Shown: in pieces, positions 13,801 to 24,367 of the stretch
Layout: each line of letters begins with the position of its first letter
Numbering within the stretch: position 1 is the stretch's first letter
Source: Octopus vulgaris
Lineage: Eukaryota
Direction: 5' to 3'
Assembly: GCA_951406725.2 (NCBI GenBank)
Contig: OX597824.1
Span: forward strand, 98,208,001 to 98,272,000
Length of the DNA: 64,000 nucleotides
Translations under genes and position numbers: made by a program
The notes under the pieces: generated by a model
Databases searched by the model: none
The model's input: the letters and a program-made list of their open reading frames with translations, nothing else
Told to the model about the DNA's origin: nothing

Positions 13801-16800
13801 GTCGTTCTGAGTTCAAATTCCGCCAAGGTCGACTTTGCCTTTCATCCTTTCGGGGTCAATAAATTAAGTACCAGTTACGCACTAGGGTCGATATAATCTA
13901 CTTAATCCCTTTGTCTGTCCTTGTTTGTCCCCTCTGTGTTTAGCCCCTTCTGGGTAGTAAAGAAATAAGTATATTATATATAAGGGTGGCAAAGGGATGT
14001 CAGAGCCTATTCTCTTATACCCAAAAAGGTGAGTCTGTGGAAGGGCGGGTGGATGAGTTTATAGGAGCAGAAAGAGGAGAGAGGTGGGTGGGGGAGGGTG
14101 GTAATGCAGGGGAGGCTGAACAAGGGTGGAGGTGGTAATTATCAGTAGGGGAGAGGAAGATGAAAGATGTAGGGTGGCAAAGAACATTACAATCAAAAGT
14201 GTGTATATGTATATGAGGGAGTGTGTATGTGTGTGTGTGTGCATGTGTTGTAATTATGAACGTGTCTTACCTTGGCCAGTGGTCATCCAGTTTTTCAAAA
14301 GCAGATTTCTCATGTGGTGGTTCTTCTTTCTTTTCTTTCTTACATTCTCCATCAGAAACTACACCAATGAACACCACATCACAGTTATATCCTCATCAAT
14401 GGTCATTGACATCACAACCTACAGTTATACAGTTCTAACTCTACCGATTCCCCAGCATCTGATGATCCGGTTCCTCTTTTAATCTTGTGTTGACACTTAA
14501 ATTTCCCATGTCCTTTATTAATAACATATTGTGTTACAAAAGCTTCATAAAACACATTTGTTGATTCCCTCATAACACATTGCGAAGGTGGAGGAAATAT
14601 TCTTCTTCCATATAAATTTGATAAAAACACCACATGCTAAGCCCCTAATAACTCTTTCTGTGAGGAATACAGTGTCCCAGTATGAAAAAGGGAAAGCTAA
14701 ATATAAGCCCTTCACAGTTATGCTTCAAGAAAAGGGAACAGTGGGGCGCCTAACAGTTAGGAGGTTCACACTTGGTAATCGATTTGGTTTTAAATATTGA
14801 CACCATTCGGTTATTAGAATTGGAAGAAATGTTTCCAACTTTATCAAATGTTTCTAACGAATAAACAAAGGTGTGTCATGAAGGTTTATTAACAAAAAGA
14901 CAATTGATGACAACAGCAGTCTTTTGGGGAATTTCCATCATGTGGCTTCTCTTTGTTGAAGCAAATTAGATGATCCAGCATGGGCATGGAACCAAGGGAA
15001 ACCAGAAAATTGGTGGTGTATTTCTACCATCAATATTCAATAACATCACAACATGCTGCTACATCACAGTTATACCAAAACAAGCCAGATCTGACCAACT
15101 CTCCTGTGTCACCAGTAAGCTCTTGTCCTGGAGGAATTTGGTAAAAGTAACGCGTTGCCCTCAACATCAACAAAGATTTTGGCTATAGCATGCAAGTCTA
15201 TTAAAAATGTCCTGCTTAAGGGCTGTATCTGTCTCCCATTCTGTCAGATAGCAAAACTCTCCATGTGTATTGGTGGAACTCTTTCTGTCCCTCATTCTAT
15301 CAACTGAGGTCTCCACCAGGGTCCACTTTCACCCCCACCCCATTCTCTTTCTTTTCTAGCACAATTATATCACTGGCTACTTCTCCTCCCCAGCACACAC
15401 GCTGGGCCCATACTCTCTCCATTCAGGCATCTCTGTTCCACTTGCCACTCCTTCTCCTCCCATCTCACTTGTTGTGTTCATCTCGACACCTCCCACCCAC
15501 CCACCAGACCCTGCACTAATCACAAATGCCAGTCCTTCTTCCCACCATGTCATCCCCCTGGAATTCCCTCCTTGCTCATGTCTCTCTCTTCTGCAAAGGT
15601 TGACTTACAAACCTTAATGGCATCTCATTGGTCTTGCAAGGCTACAGGTGCTCCCACTTCCTCCAGACCCAACAATAACAAAAAATCCATGCTATCCCAA
15701 CAGCACAACATAAGAGTTATACCATCAACATTCAATGACATTACAACATTAAGGAACTTAGCCAGACACACATCAACATCCAAAGTTAAATCTGCTAGGA
15801 GGAACTAACTAAAAATGGAATAATTACCATTATCTTTTGCACTGTCTTTCTGTTTTCCATCCAGACCATTTGTAGTCACTGTCTCAGATTCCAATGTCTT
15901 TGAACTATCTGCAGCATCTTCTACTATTTTTGGAACATCTTCAGCAGATTCTGCTAGTTTTGAAGAATCTTCAACAGTTTCTGCTGCCTTTGAAATATCT
16001 CCAACATCTTCCACACTTTTTGAAACATCTCCAACATTTTCTTCTGTCTTTGAAATATCTTCAACAGCTTCCACTTTATTTGAAATATGTTCAATAACTT
16101 CCAGTGTCTTTGAACCGTCACCAACAGATTCCACTGACTTTGGACAATCATCCACAAATTCCACTGTCTTGGAACAATCCTCAGTAGATTCCACTTTCTT
16201 CAAAAATTCTCCAGTAGATTCCTCTGTCTTTGAACTGTCTGCAGCAGATATGACTACATTTGAAAAAACTTTAACATCTTCCAATATCTTTGGACAATCT
16301 TCAACAGATTCCACTGTCTCTGAACAAACTCCAGTAGATTCCAATATCTCTGGACAACTTCCAACAGCTTCCAATATTTTTGTACAATCTCCAACAGCTT
16401 CCACAGTCTTTGAACAAACTCCAGTAGATTCAACTGTCTTCAGAGATTCTTCAATAGATTCCACTGTTATTGAAACATCTTCAGCAGATACAACAGTGTT
16501 TGAACAATCTTTAGCATCTTCCAATGTCTTGGAACAATCTCCAACAGATTCCATTGTCTCTGGACAATCTCCAACATCTTCCAATATCTTTGGACAATCC
16601 CCAACAGATTCCATTGTCTCTGGACAATCTCCAACACCTTCCAATATCTTTGGACAATTCCCAACAGGTTCAATTATCTTTGAACAATTTCCAACAAATT
16701 CTACTGGGTCTGGAGAATCTTCCATGGTTTCCACTGTGTTTGAACAATCTCCAGCAGATGCAACCAAGTTTGAACAATCTTTAGCCTTTTCTATTGTCTT

Positions 16801-18335
16801 GGAACAATCTCCAACAGCTTCCACTATTTCTGGACAATCTCCAATATCTTCTCCTGTCTTTGAAATATCTCCAACAGTTTCCACTGTCTTTGGACAATCC
16901 CCAATGGTTCCCACTGCTTCTGGACAATCTTCAGTAGATTCCAATGTCTTTGAGCAATCTCCAGCAAATTCACTCTGATTGGTGGTTCCATCTGAAATAA
17001 ATTTGAATGTTTAAGTACATACGTGTCTGTAAGTGAATAATAAATACCAAGAGAAAGAAAGAAACAGAGAAAGGCAGAGACAGACAGACAAGCGGACAGA
17101 CGGACAGAAAGAGGGAAAGAGAGAGAAAGAGCAACTTCATATCAATGGTATAAACCAGTGGTTTCCAACCTTTTCACAGTGGTTCCCAACCATTATATTT
17201 AAATGTGTTTTCCCATGGACCCCTTTTAATATGCTTATCCTGGCCTCCGTGCCGGTGGCACGTAAAAAGCACCATCCGATCGTGGCCGTTTGCCAGCCTC
17301 ATCTGGCACCTGTGCCGGTGGCACGTAAAAAGCACCCACTACACTCACGGAGTGGTTGGCGTTAGGAAGGGCATCCAGCTGTAGAAACACTGCCAGATCA
17401 GACTGGAGCCTGGTGCAGCCTTCTGGCTTCCCAGACCCTAGTTGAACTGTCCAACCCATACTAGCATGGAAAGCGGACGCTAAATGATGATGATGATGAT
17501 GATGATATATGAAATTTTGAATTTAGTTCACGGAACCCCCTCCCCCCAGTACTACCTTTGCAGACCACCAGGGTTCCGTGGACCCTAGGCTGGGAGCCAC
17601 TAAACAAAGAACACTGGAAATCACTGGAATCAATTGGAGATCAAAATAACTTTAATATCTTCTGAGAGTAAAAGACAGAATGAGTTGGCAGAATGGTTGA
17701 CAAAATGCTTTGTTGCACTCCATTGGTCTTTATGCCTGGAGTTCAAGCTCTGCTGAGGTTGATTTGCCCTTCATCCTTTTGGGGTCGGTAAAATAAGTAC
17801 CAACTGAGCACCGGGGCCGATGTGATCGACTTCACCCTCCCCTCAAATTTACTGGCCTTGTGCCAAAATTTGAAACCAAAATCAGTTGAGAGTGAAGTAT
17901 TTAAATCTTTAATACAATACAGAGAAGGGTAGCGTCCAGTGGTACCTATTTACCACAGACACAGTCCAGTACCTGTCCCCACATGCAGCAATGACATTTT
18001 ACTCCTACATGGACCCTGTGTGGTACCATTAACAAGAATTGAATGCCAACTAAACAATCAAGAACAAACGTCATTAATTTAGAAATATCACAAACTCTGT
18101 AAATTTTGATTTTAAAAAACCATTTACCATTTCCTGTTTCAAGAACAGAATCTTCAGCAATTCCTGCTCCTGGTTTTATAGAAACTATGTTGTTAGCATC
18201 AGAATCGGATTGGCTGAGAGAATGGGACAGTTCTGTAGAGTTGTTGTTGTTGTTGTTGTGGGTGGTGGCACTGGTGTTGGTGTTGGTTGTAGCATTTGTG
18301 ACGTCATCAGCAGGTATTTTAATGGTGGTGGGCAT
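1..18335 (-). CDS. DNAAF1: Dynein axonemal assembly factor 1 (DNAAF1/LRRC50/ODA7), spliced CDS, 3'-partial. Exons: 18335-18128, 16991-15828, 14358-14271, 12987-12896, 12175-11954, 11039-10870, 9709-9635, 8581-8517, 7447-7362, 5951-5581, 4213-4081, 2606-2563, 1873-1796, 320-<1
   Basis: Joined exons give [60 protein letters not shown]22-type LRRs, then [58 protein letters not shown], the DNAAF1 signature. All 13 introns are GT-AG with matching phases. Confidence 0.93.
457..492 (-). ncRNA. Minimal type I hammerhead-like motif, variant core
   Basis: CTTT-CTGTTGA-A-GAGC ATAG GCTC-GAAA-CG-TA-AAAG; A6 replaced by U; inside a repeat (about 345-560) whose tail recurs at about 48367-48432. Confidence 0.55.
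837..1290 (+). mobile_element. Mariner transposon 5' fragment (HTH region, decayed)
   Basis: From ATG at 1029: [52 protein letters not shown]...[10 protein letters not shown]. Confidence 0.8.
1796..1873 (-). CDS. DNAAF1: DNAAF1 exon ([26 protein letters not shown])
   Basis: TTCCTTGTAG acceptor and GAG|GTAAGG donor; the PxLED motif resembles the DNAAF1 C-terminal region. Confidence 0.78.
2563..2606 (-). CDS. DNAAF1: DNAAF1 small exon ([15 protein letters not shown])
   Basis: TTCTACTCAG acceptor and GAG|GTGAGT donor; phase 1 to 0. Confidence 0.72.
4081..4213 (-). CDS. DNAAF1: DNAAF1 C-terminal exon
   Basis: [23 protein letters not shown]...TIFSST; TTTATAG acceptor and G|GTTGGA donor; phase 0 to 1. 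Confidence 0.7.
5581..5951 (-). CDS. DNAAF1: DNAAF1 coiled-coil/acidic exon
   Basis: [15 protein letters not shown]...IDWLYG...E-rich (ORF 5572..5979 frame); TTTGTAG acceptor and GAG|GTAATA donor. Confidence 0.88.
6570..6745 (+). mobile_element. 3' end of R4/Dong-like LINE between (TAA)n tracts
   Basis: [21 protein letters not shown] is the RLE C-terminal motif, followed by a 3' UTR and (TAA)n. Confidence 0.65.
7362..7447 (-). CDS. DNAAF1: DNAAF1 exon
   Basis: [28 protein letters not shown]; ACAG acceptor and G|GTTGGT donor. Confidence 0.9.
8517..8581 (-). CDS. DNAAF1: DNAAF1 LRRcap exon
   Basis: [22 protein letters not shown]; GCAG acceptor and GTAGGT donor. Confidence 0.93.
9635..9709 (-). 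CDS. DNAAF1: DNAAF1 LRR/LRRcap exon
   Basis: [25 protein letters not shown]; poly-T CAG acceptor and GTAAGC donor. Confidence 0.93.
9978..10230. repeat. (TA)n-flanked fold-back element
   Basis: GAATAAAAAATGGAGTTA..CAGGTTTAAACAAG and its reverse complement form arms of about 40 bp. Confidence 0.7.
10273..10640. mobile_element. (TA)n-flanked fold-back element with about 125-bp arms and a conserved tail (Penelope-like terminal fragment)
   Basis: Near-perfect inverted repeat 10273-10398 / 10420-10546 containing the hammerhead 3' half GAAACCGTTCGGTC; tail shared with 40560-40633. Confidence 0.7.
10870..11039 (-). CDS. DNAAF1: DNAAF1 LRR exon
   Basis: [16 protein letters not shown]...[26 protein letters not shown]; TTGCAG acceptor and GTTCGT donor. 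Confidence 0.93.
11360..11499 (-). repeat. Intronic short array (about 4-5 units) of the same 30-bp repeat
   Basis: Translates [42 protein letters not shown], like the distal units of the repeat exon. Confidence 0.8.
11954..12175 (-). CDS. DNAAF1: DNAAF1 LRR exon
   Basis: [29 protein letters not shown]...[11 protein letters not shown]; TGCAG acceptor and T|GTGAGT donor. Confidence 0.95.
12896..12987 (-). CDS. DNAAF1: DNAAF1 exon ([31 protein letters not shown])
   Basis: Highly conserved DNAAF1 pre-LRR motif; CACAG acceptor and G|GTGAGT donor. Confidence 0.95.
13045..13448. repeat. Compound (CAC)n/(CAT)n satellite with a higher-order unit
   Basis: Repeated (CAC)n-CATCACCACCATCAACATCATCAT blocks inside a DNAAF1 intron. 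Confidence 0.9.
13803..13967 (+). mobile_element. tRNA-derived SINE 3' part (family also at about 17682-17880, 32718-32930, 52350-52581 minus, 62968-63180)
   Basis: Recurrent GTTCAAATTCCGCC.AGGTCGACTTTGCCTTTCATCCTTTCGGGGTC core with a B-box. Confidence 0.8.
14271..14358 (-). CDS. DNAAF1: DNAAF1 exon ([30 protein letters not shown])
   Basis: TAG acceptor and AG|GTAAGA donor; supplies the phase 1 to phase 2 bridge and the conserved PR before LTKKFL. Confidence 0.85.
15828..16991 (-). CDS. DNAAF1: DNAAF1 large repeat exon (388 codons, 36 x 10-aa repeats)
   Basis: TTTCAG acceptor at 16992 and G|GTAATT donor at 15827; phase 1-1; open throughout (ORF 15805..16944 frame). Confidence 0.75.
15886..16965 (-). 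repeat. 30-bp coding minisatellite, 36 units (consensus approx. VGDCSKTVES)
   Basis: Exact 10-aa register with no indels; Cys at unit position 4 in 21 of 36 units. Confidence 0.9.
17156..17601. mobile_element. hAT-type MITE interrupted by an RTE-tail-like repeat (17235-17505)
   Basis: Ends CAGTGGTTTCCAACC and GGCTGGGAGCCACT; the insert ends AGCATGGAAAGCGGACGCTAAA(TGA)n. Confidence 0.6.
18128..18335 (-). CDS. DNAAF1: DNAAF1 first coding exon (MPTTIKIP...ETGN)
   Basis: Pyrimidine tract plus CAG acceptor directly before the ATG at 18335; G|GTAAAT donor, phase 1; open low-complexity frame. Confidence 0.75.
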
Positions 18336-18394
18336 CTGAAGAGAAAGAAAAAAAACAGATAAAAGTCTGTCATCATATACATACATATATATAT

Positions 18395-18870
18395 ATCATC
18401 ATCATCATTTAACATCCATTTTCCATGCTGGCATGGGTTGGACGGTTTAACTGAGGATTGGTGAGCCAGAAGGCTGCACCAGGCTCCAATCTGATCTGGC
18501 AAAGTTTCTACAGCTGGATGCCCTTCCTAATGCCAGCCACTCTGAGAGTGCTGGTAAGGCGATGGTAATGTGCCAGTAAGGCGACGGTAATGTGCCGGTA
18601 AGGCGACGCTGGCAATGATCATGGTCAAATGGTGCTTTTTATGTGCCACTGGCACAGGAGCCAATCCGTGGCCCTGGCAACAATCACACTCGGATGTGCT
18701 TTTAACATTCCACTGGCATGAGTGCCAATCAGGCGGTACTGTCATCGGCCATGTCAACGATTTTGATTTCATTTCACTTGCGTCGGTAGGTCTTTGCAAG
18801 CAAAGTTTATTGTCCAATGAATGAGGGGTATTCATAAGTGGGTTGGTTACACCGACTGGCATAGGCCACG
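18395..18870 (-). mobile_element. SINE/LINE 3' tail repeat ending in (TGA)n (related copies about 4380-4800 and 13450-13620)
   Basis: CATCATCATTTAACATCCATTTTCCATGCTGGCATGGGTTGGACGG, recurring in the window. Confidence 0.7.
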
Positions 18871-18882
18871 GACTATGATCTC

Positions 18883-18915
<33 letters not shown>

Positions 18916-18920
18916 CACAC

Positions 18921-18958
<38 letters not shown>

Positions 18959-20400
18959 CTAAAAGAAGTTGAGAGTACATTTGGGGTTTTAGAAAAACAT
19001 ATTTACATATACTTAACCAGGGAACCAGTTTCACCGTTTCAGGACTTTCAAAAGTAGTGCAAGATGATGGGACTGGGGGCTGGGCTATATAATTTGTCTT
19101 GATTCTGACAAGAGTTTTGAAAATTTGCTCGGTGTGATTAGGGTTCCAATTGCCATCAGTTGAAGTACAGTTGAGTTGGTTGAAGTTGGACAAGGGGTCA
19201 GAGGGTCATGTGACAATGTGAATGTTAATTACATCAAAAGTTCAGTCTGTATTGGTGCAGTGAATGTGTCATGTGAGAGCAGGGATAACAATGGCCTGTC
19301 ATGTTCGAGTATTAAGTCAAGTGGTAGAATTAAGTCAGTACTTGCTTTGAAACTGGAAGGCTGTGTTAATCCATGGAATGGTGTCATGTGATGATTGGAT
19401 TAACAACAGGTTGTCAGAAGAGCTAAAAGTTGAGAAACAGATTCCTTGTTTGTTTGTGAGCTAAGCATGAAATGCAGGGATGCAACTGGAATATTTCAAG
19501 GCCTCCTACCCACTCCTCCTATGCCAACATCATCATCCCCTACTGCCTGATCTATCATCCCCAAGTCCCTCTTATCTTTCTCACCTTACCCCACCACCCA
19601 CTCATACTGACATCTCCCCTCCACTCCTGTCCTTCACCCCTAACCATCTGGTACTCATCCCCCACACTCATATAAAATGTCCCCCACCCACCCATTGCTT
19701 CCTGAGGTTTTGCTCTGGCACCTCATCACTGATATCTTACCTTTCCCCAGATACTCCCACCCACCTTTATATAAGTACAGGGCAGCCATGTATCTTCTCC
19801 CGTAGCAAGAGACATGTCCCTAGCATAAAGTCACCTTTCCACCCTCTCAAATCCAGCCACCTCCCCCACCACCCCTTAGCTAAGAAGGTTTTTTTTCTCC
19901 TTTCCCCTTTTGTTTTTCTTTCCTGCCTTGAAAGTTACTTGGCAACCCCACCAGTGCCAGGGCTTGAAAAACACACCTACTCCACTCTGTAACGAGATTG
20001 GGATTAGGTAGAGCAGCCAGTTGTAGGAACCATGCCACAGCAGGCACTGGAGCATGATCGGCCCCTGACGCTCATCGGGTCCTGTCAAACCATCCAACCC
20101 ATGCCAGCACGGGAAACGTACGCTAAATGAAAATGAAACATATACATATATATTTATGCATTTATACGTACGCAGGTTTAAATACCCACTTATGAACATA
20201 GACACAAACATAGATACATACGTATATATGTATGTATATGCATGTACATATGTATGTATGTGTGTGTGCATGCATGCATGTACGTATGTATGTATATGCA
20301 TGTACATATGTATGTGTGTGCATGTATGTATGTATGTATGTATGCATGCATGTATGCATGTATCTATGTATGTATGTATGTATGTATGTATGTATGTCTT

Positions 20401-20434
<34 letters not shown>

Positions 20435-20997
20435 TGTATGTATGTATGTATGTATGTATGTATGCATGTATGCATGTATCTATGTATGTATGTATGTATG
20501 TATGTATGTATGTATGTATGTATGTATAGTAATAAATATATGTGTATGTAAATTCCATATTTGTGTGTGTGTGTGTCCGTACGTGCGTGCGTGCGTGTGT
20601 GTCTGATGTTTGATAGTGACAGAAAGCCTCCAATTCCATTGGACGGAGGGCAGAGAGGGGACTGTAGGGGGGGGGGCGTCGAAATTGCCCTTTTTCCACT
20701 CCTCGCCGCATTATAATTATACCAGTTCGTTGGAGCAAACCAAGAAAGGGGAAGTGAACCAAGTCAATATTTGAACCCCGAACGCTATTAGCAAAACAGC
20801 AGAGATTTGAGAAGAGAATTAAAACAATATGAAAGTGTGAGAAGAAAACACCGAGAGTTTAAAAGTTGATAGAAATAAATAAAATGTGAGACGAGAGAGA
20901 GAGAGAGAAAAGAGAGGGAGAGAGAGGGAGAGAAAGAGAGAGAGAGAGAGCGAGTGAGAGATGATGATGTGGAGACAAAACAGTCGAGTCTTCTTAC

Positions 20998-21040
20998 CTT
21001 GTTAGAAAACAAGCGTCTGGTAGGGTGTCATAGCAACGGG
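20998..21040 (-). other. DNAAF1: Putative non-coding first exon of DNAAF1 (5' limit uncertain)
   Basis: AAG|GTAAGA donor at 20997 next to an X-box; splicing to 18335 gives AACAAG-ATG. Confidence 0.55.
21025..21037 (-). promoter_or_regulatory. RFX X-box motif (GTTGCTATGACAC)
   Basis: Close to the X-box consensus GTTNCYATRGNAAC and located at the predicted 5' end of a motile-cilia gene. Confidence 0.65.
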
Positions 21041-21529
21041 GTGAGTGGAAAATGTGGAAGTGGCTTCCGTTAGTGAAACGAACCAATTAAATTTCTCGCT
21101 TTGAACGCTGGTTTTTGAATGGAATGGAATGGAACACCTGAAGAACAGAAAAGGTAAAAGAACAGCAAGGAGGCCTGTACGTGGTTCTGCAGACTACTAG
21201 AAACTGCAGCTAAATATCCCTCAAATAATGTCGGCTTGCTCAGATTGGGTTTATTTTTGTTTACATTTCTGTTTCAGGTATGACCGTGGTATCGAAATAA
21301 ATAACGACCTCCACTACAAAACGGAACGGACTTCATAGAAACGACATTCCTGGGTCCTCGAATGTCTACAAAACTTGTAAACTACGATGTATTATTATTT
21401 ATAAAATATCCAATTAAATTTAGTCAGTTTAATTAGTCGTAGTAATCACAGGTTCCCTCATTATCTAGAATCACTGAATGTTTACAAAAATTCTAATGTG
21501 TGCTGGTCTTCGCTTTTATTATTATTATT

Positions 21530-21940
21530 TTTTACTTGTTTCAGTCATTTGGACTGCGGCCATACTGGAGCACCGCCTTGAAGAAATCTGGTCGAACAAA
21601 TCGACCCCGGACTTATTATTTATTTTAAAAGCCTGGTACTTATTCTATTAGTCTGTTTGGCTGAACCGCTAAGTTACAGAGGCATAAACACATCAATACT
21701 GGTTGTCAAGCGGCAGTGAACACACACACACACACGCACACACACACGCACATGCACACACACACACATACACACACACACACGCACAATAGGCTTCTTT
21801 CCGTTTCCGTCTACCAAATCCCCTCAGTAGGCTTTGCTCGGCCTGGGTTATAGCAGAAGACACTTGCCCCAGGTGCCATGCAGTAATTCTGAACCCGGAG
21901 CCATGCGGTTGCAAAGGAAACTCCTCACCACACAACCATG
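21530..21940 (-). mobile_element. SINE with internal (CA)n (related copies about 28690-29040, 29980-30200, 45100-45290)
   Basis: TTTTACTTGTTTCAGTCATTTGGACTGCGGCCAT.CTGGAGCACCGCC terminus recurs. Confidence 0.75.
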
Positions 21941-21957
21941 CTTAGTAATTAACTCAC

Positions 21958-22245
21958 TATGGCCTGGTGGTTAGAATATAGCGGACTCGTGGTCGAGGGA
22001 TTGCAGGTTCGAATCTCAGACCGGGCGATGTATGTTTTTTATGAGCGAAACACCTAAGCTCTATGTGGATCCGGCAGAAGGTAATGGCGAACTTCTGCTG
22101 ACTCTTTCGCCACAACTTTCTCTCACTCTTTCCTCCTGCATCTTGCAGCTCACCTGCGACGGACCGGCGTCCCGTCCAGGTGAGGAACCTATACGCCAAG
22201 GAAACCGGGAAACCGGCCCTTATGAGCCAGGCATGGCTCGAGAAG
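21958..22245 (+). mobile_element. tRNA-derived SINE
   Basis: A-box TGGCCTGGTGG and B-box GGTTCGAATC head followed by a non-tRNA body. Confidence 0.7.
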
Positions 22246-23780
22246 GAGGGCGAATGTAGCGTATTGTTTCATTCGTTTTCTAGAGGAGGTCGTTGTTTAT
22301 TTACAGATCCAACAATTTACCACTTTTGATATTACAATTCTTGAACAATATCTAAGATGGTGAGAGCAGCAAGACAGTGGGCCTGGGTTTTCAGTTTCTC
22401 CCTTCACTGGCATACATCGGTGAGAGATATACACATACTAATAACTACCCATCGTTTTTGGTGCAAAGTCACCAATTTTGAGGGTATTTGTAATCCCTGA
22501 GAGGATGAAAGGCAAAGTCTACTCCGGCGGTATTTGAACTCAAAACGTGAAGTCACAAAGCATTAACGATTCTGCCAGCTTGTCGTCTTAAAAATAGCTA
22601 ATAATATTAGGATATAATTTAAATTTTTAATGATAATAATTCTGATTTTGGCATAAAAACCCAGCAATTTTGAGGGGAGAGAGAGCAAGTCGGTCATATC
22701 AACCCTAGTACTTGACTGTTCTGTATTTTATCAGAGTGGATAGGATGAAAGGATGGGCGGGATTTGTGTCATCTTTTGCATTATTCCGTGTAACCACCAG
22801 ACGCCTTGTCCGCCAAACTCCAAACTTTTAACCGCCACAGAGGTGGATGTTAAATGTAACGTTCAATTTGGCGATACAAGATGGCGACAGGCCAACCTCA
22901 ATATGCAAATGGCGGCCTTGGTCTTCGGTTCAGTACTGTCTTCATAGAACTGGTATCGATTCGTTCGACTAAAACCGTTCAGGGTGGTGCCCCAGTATGG
23001 TCGCAACCCAGTGACTGAAACAAGTCAAAGAAGACGAAAGAAGAAATTAGAAAGTGCTGTCCAAGATACACCATGACAGAAAGACAGTTTAGATGGCCAT
23101 GGCTGGAATGTCTTGATTTAAACCTCTGCCCCCACCACGCTCGGTTTGGAACCACCATCTGATCATTGGGGGCCTTCAGAAGATTCCAGAGTGTTGCAAG
23201 TAATGAGATCAAGCCATCTGTCCCGAGACCATTACCTTCCTTCCTTCCTTCTTTCACACCCCGCAAACTATAGGAGTCCTGGAAAAGAGTTATGCACCCC
23301 GCCCCACCTCACAAAACCCTTGGCAGGATTTGAACTGAAGTAAAATTTAATTACTCAAACGTCGTGAAGAGGTTTCAACAAATCGTCTTAAGACGACATA
23401 CTAAAACCCCTGGTAATCTTTATTTTATTATCCCTTGGATGATGAAATAAATAACAAAACTGACCTCGGCGAGACAATTGTACTTTATTGTAGCTGAAAT
23501 GTGGTTGTTGTTGATGATGATGATGATGATGCTGTTTAGCCCTTGGTCAACCAAGGTTAAGTAAGTGTATGATTGATCGACCGTCCTGGCCATGATTTTG
23601 GTCGTAATAGATTAATGTCTTTCATTTCTTTATCGGGACAAATATATTTACCGATATCCACCCCCACCCCCTCAAACAAAAATCCACTTTCACATCTTCT
23701 CTTCCCTTTCCCCCCTCTCCCCCAACTCGGCTCTGACATCTTATGGCAATTTTTTTCTGTCTCTCCCACTATGTCACTTC

Positions 23781-23847
<67 letters not shown>

Positions 23848-23857
23848 CTTCTATCTG

Positions 23858-23929
<72 letters not shown>

Positions 23930-23931
23930 AT

Positions 23932-24137
23932 CTCGTCCCAAATGGAGCAGAACTGGGATGAGATAAAGAGTAGGGTGGCCGCTCTCACCCAGCAATGAGC
24001 CTAGAGGAAGCTATCTCTAAAAGGTCGGACTGAGGTGGCGAATGCGTACATCGCATCCGTCATCTACTACCGTCTGACCATCGTGCCTTGTCCTGATCCT
24101 ACCATCACGCAACTGGAACGCAGACTCTTCCGCTTTG
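23932..24137 (+). mobile_element. Tx1/L1-clade LINE ORF2 fragment
   Basis: [46 protein letters not shown] is a typical post-RT motif, with stops. Confidence 0.7.
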
Positions 24138-24324
24138 CGGGGTTTTACATATTAAAATGTGTGTCTGTGTGTGTTTACGAGTGAACATAAGATAGGGAAA
24201 GAAAAACCAGAAGAACCACAACAACGACAACAATAAGAATAAAAATGAAAGTGCGCCACAAGTTATTGAGAAACTGGAGCGAAAGTAACAGCTGTGCTTT
24301 GTCTCTAAGTGTTTCCTTCAAACA

Positions 24325-24367
<43 letters not shown>

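Noticed and set aside
15886-16965. 30-bp periodic array as a CRISPR array
   Set aside because: No repeat-spacer alternation, eukaryotic context, and the array is protein-coding.
16169-16978. 269-aa plus-strand repetitive ORF
   Set aside because: Antisense shadow of the DNAAF1 repeat exon; splice signals and phase support only the minus strand.
21958-22030. tRNA gene
   Set aside because: A and B boxes are present, but there is no full cloverleaf and it continues into a SINE body.
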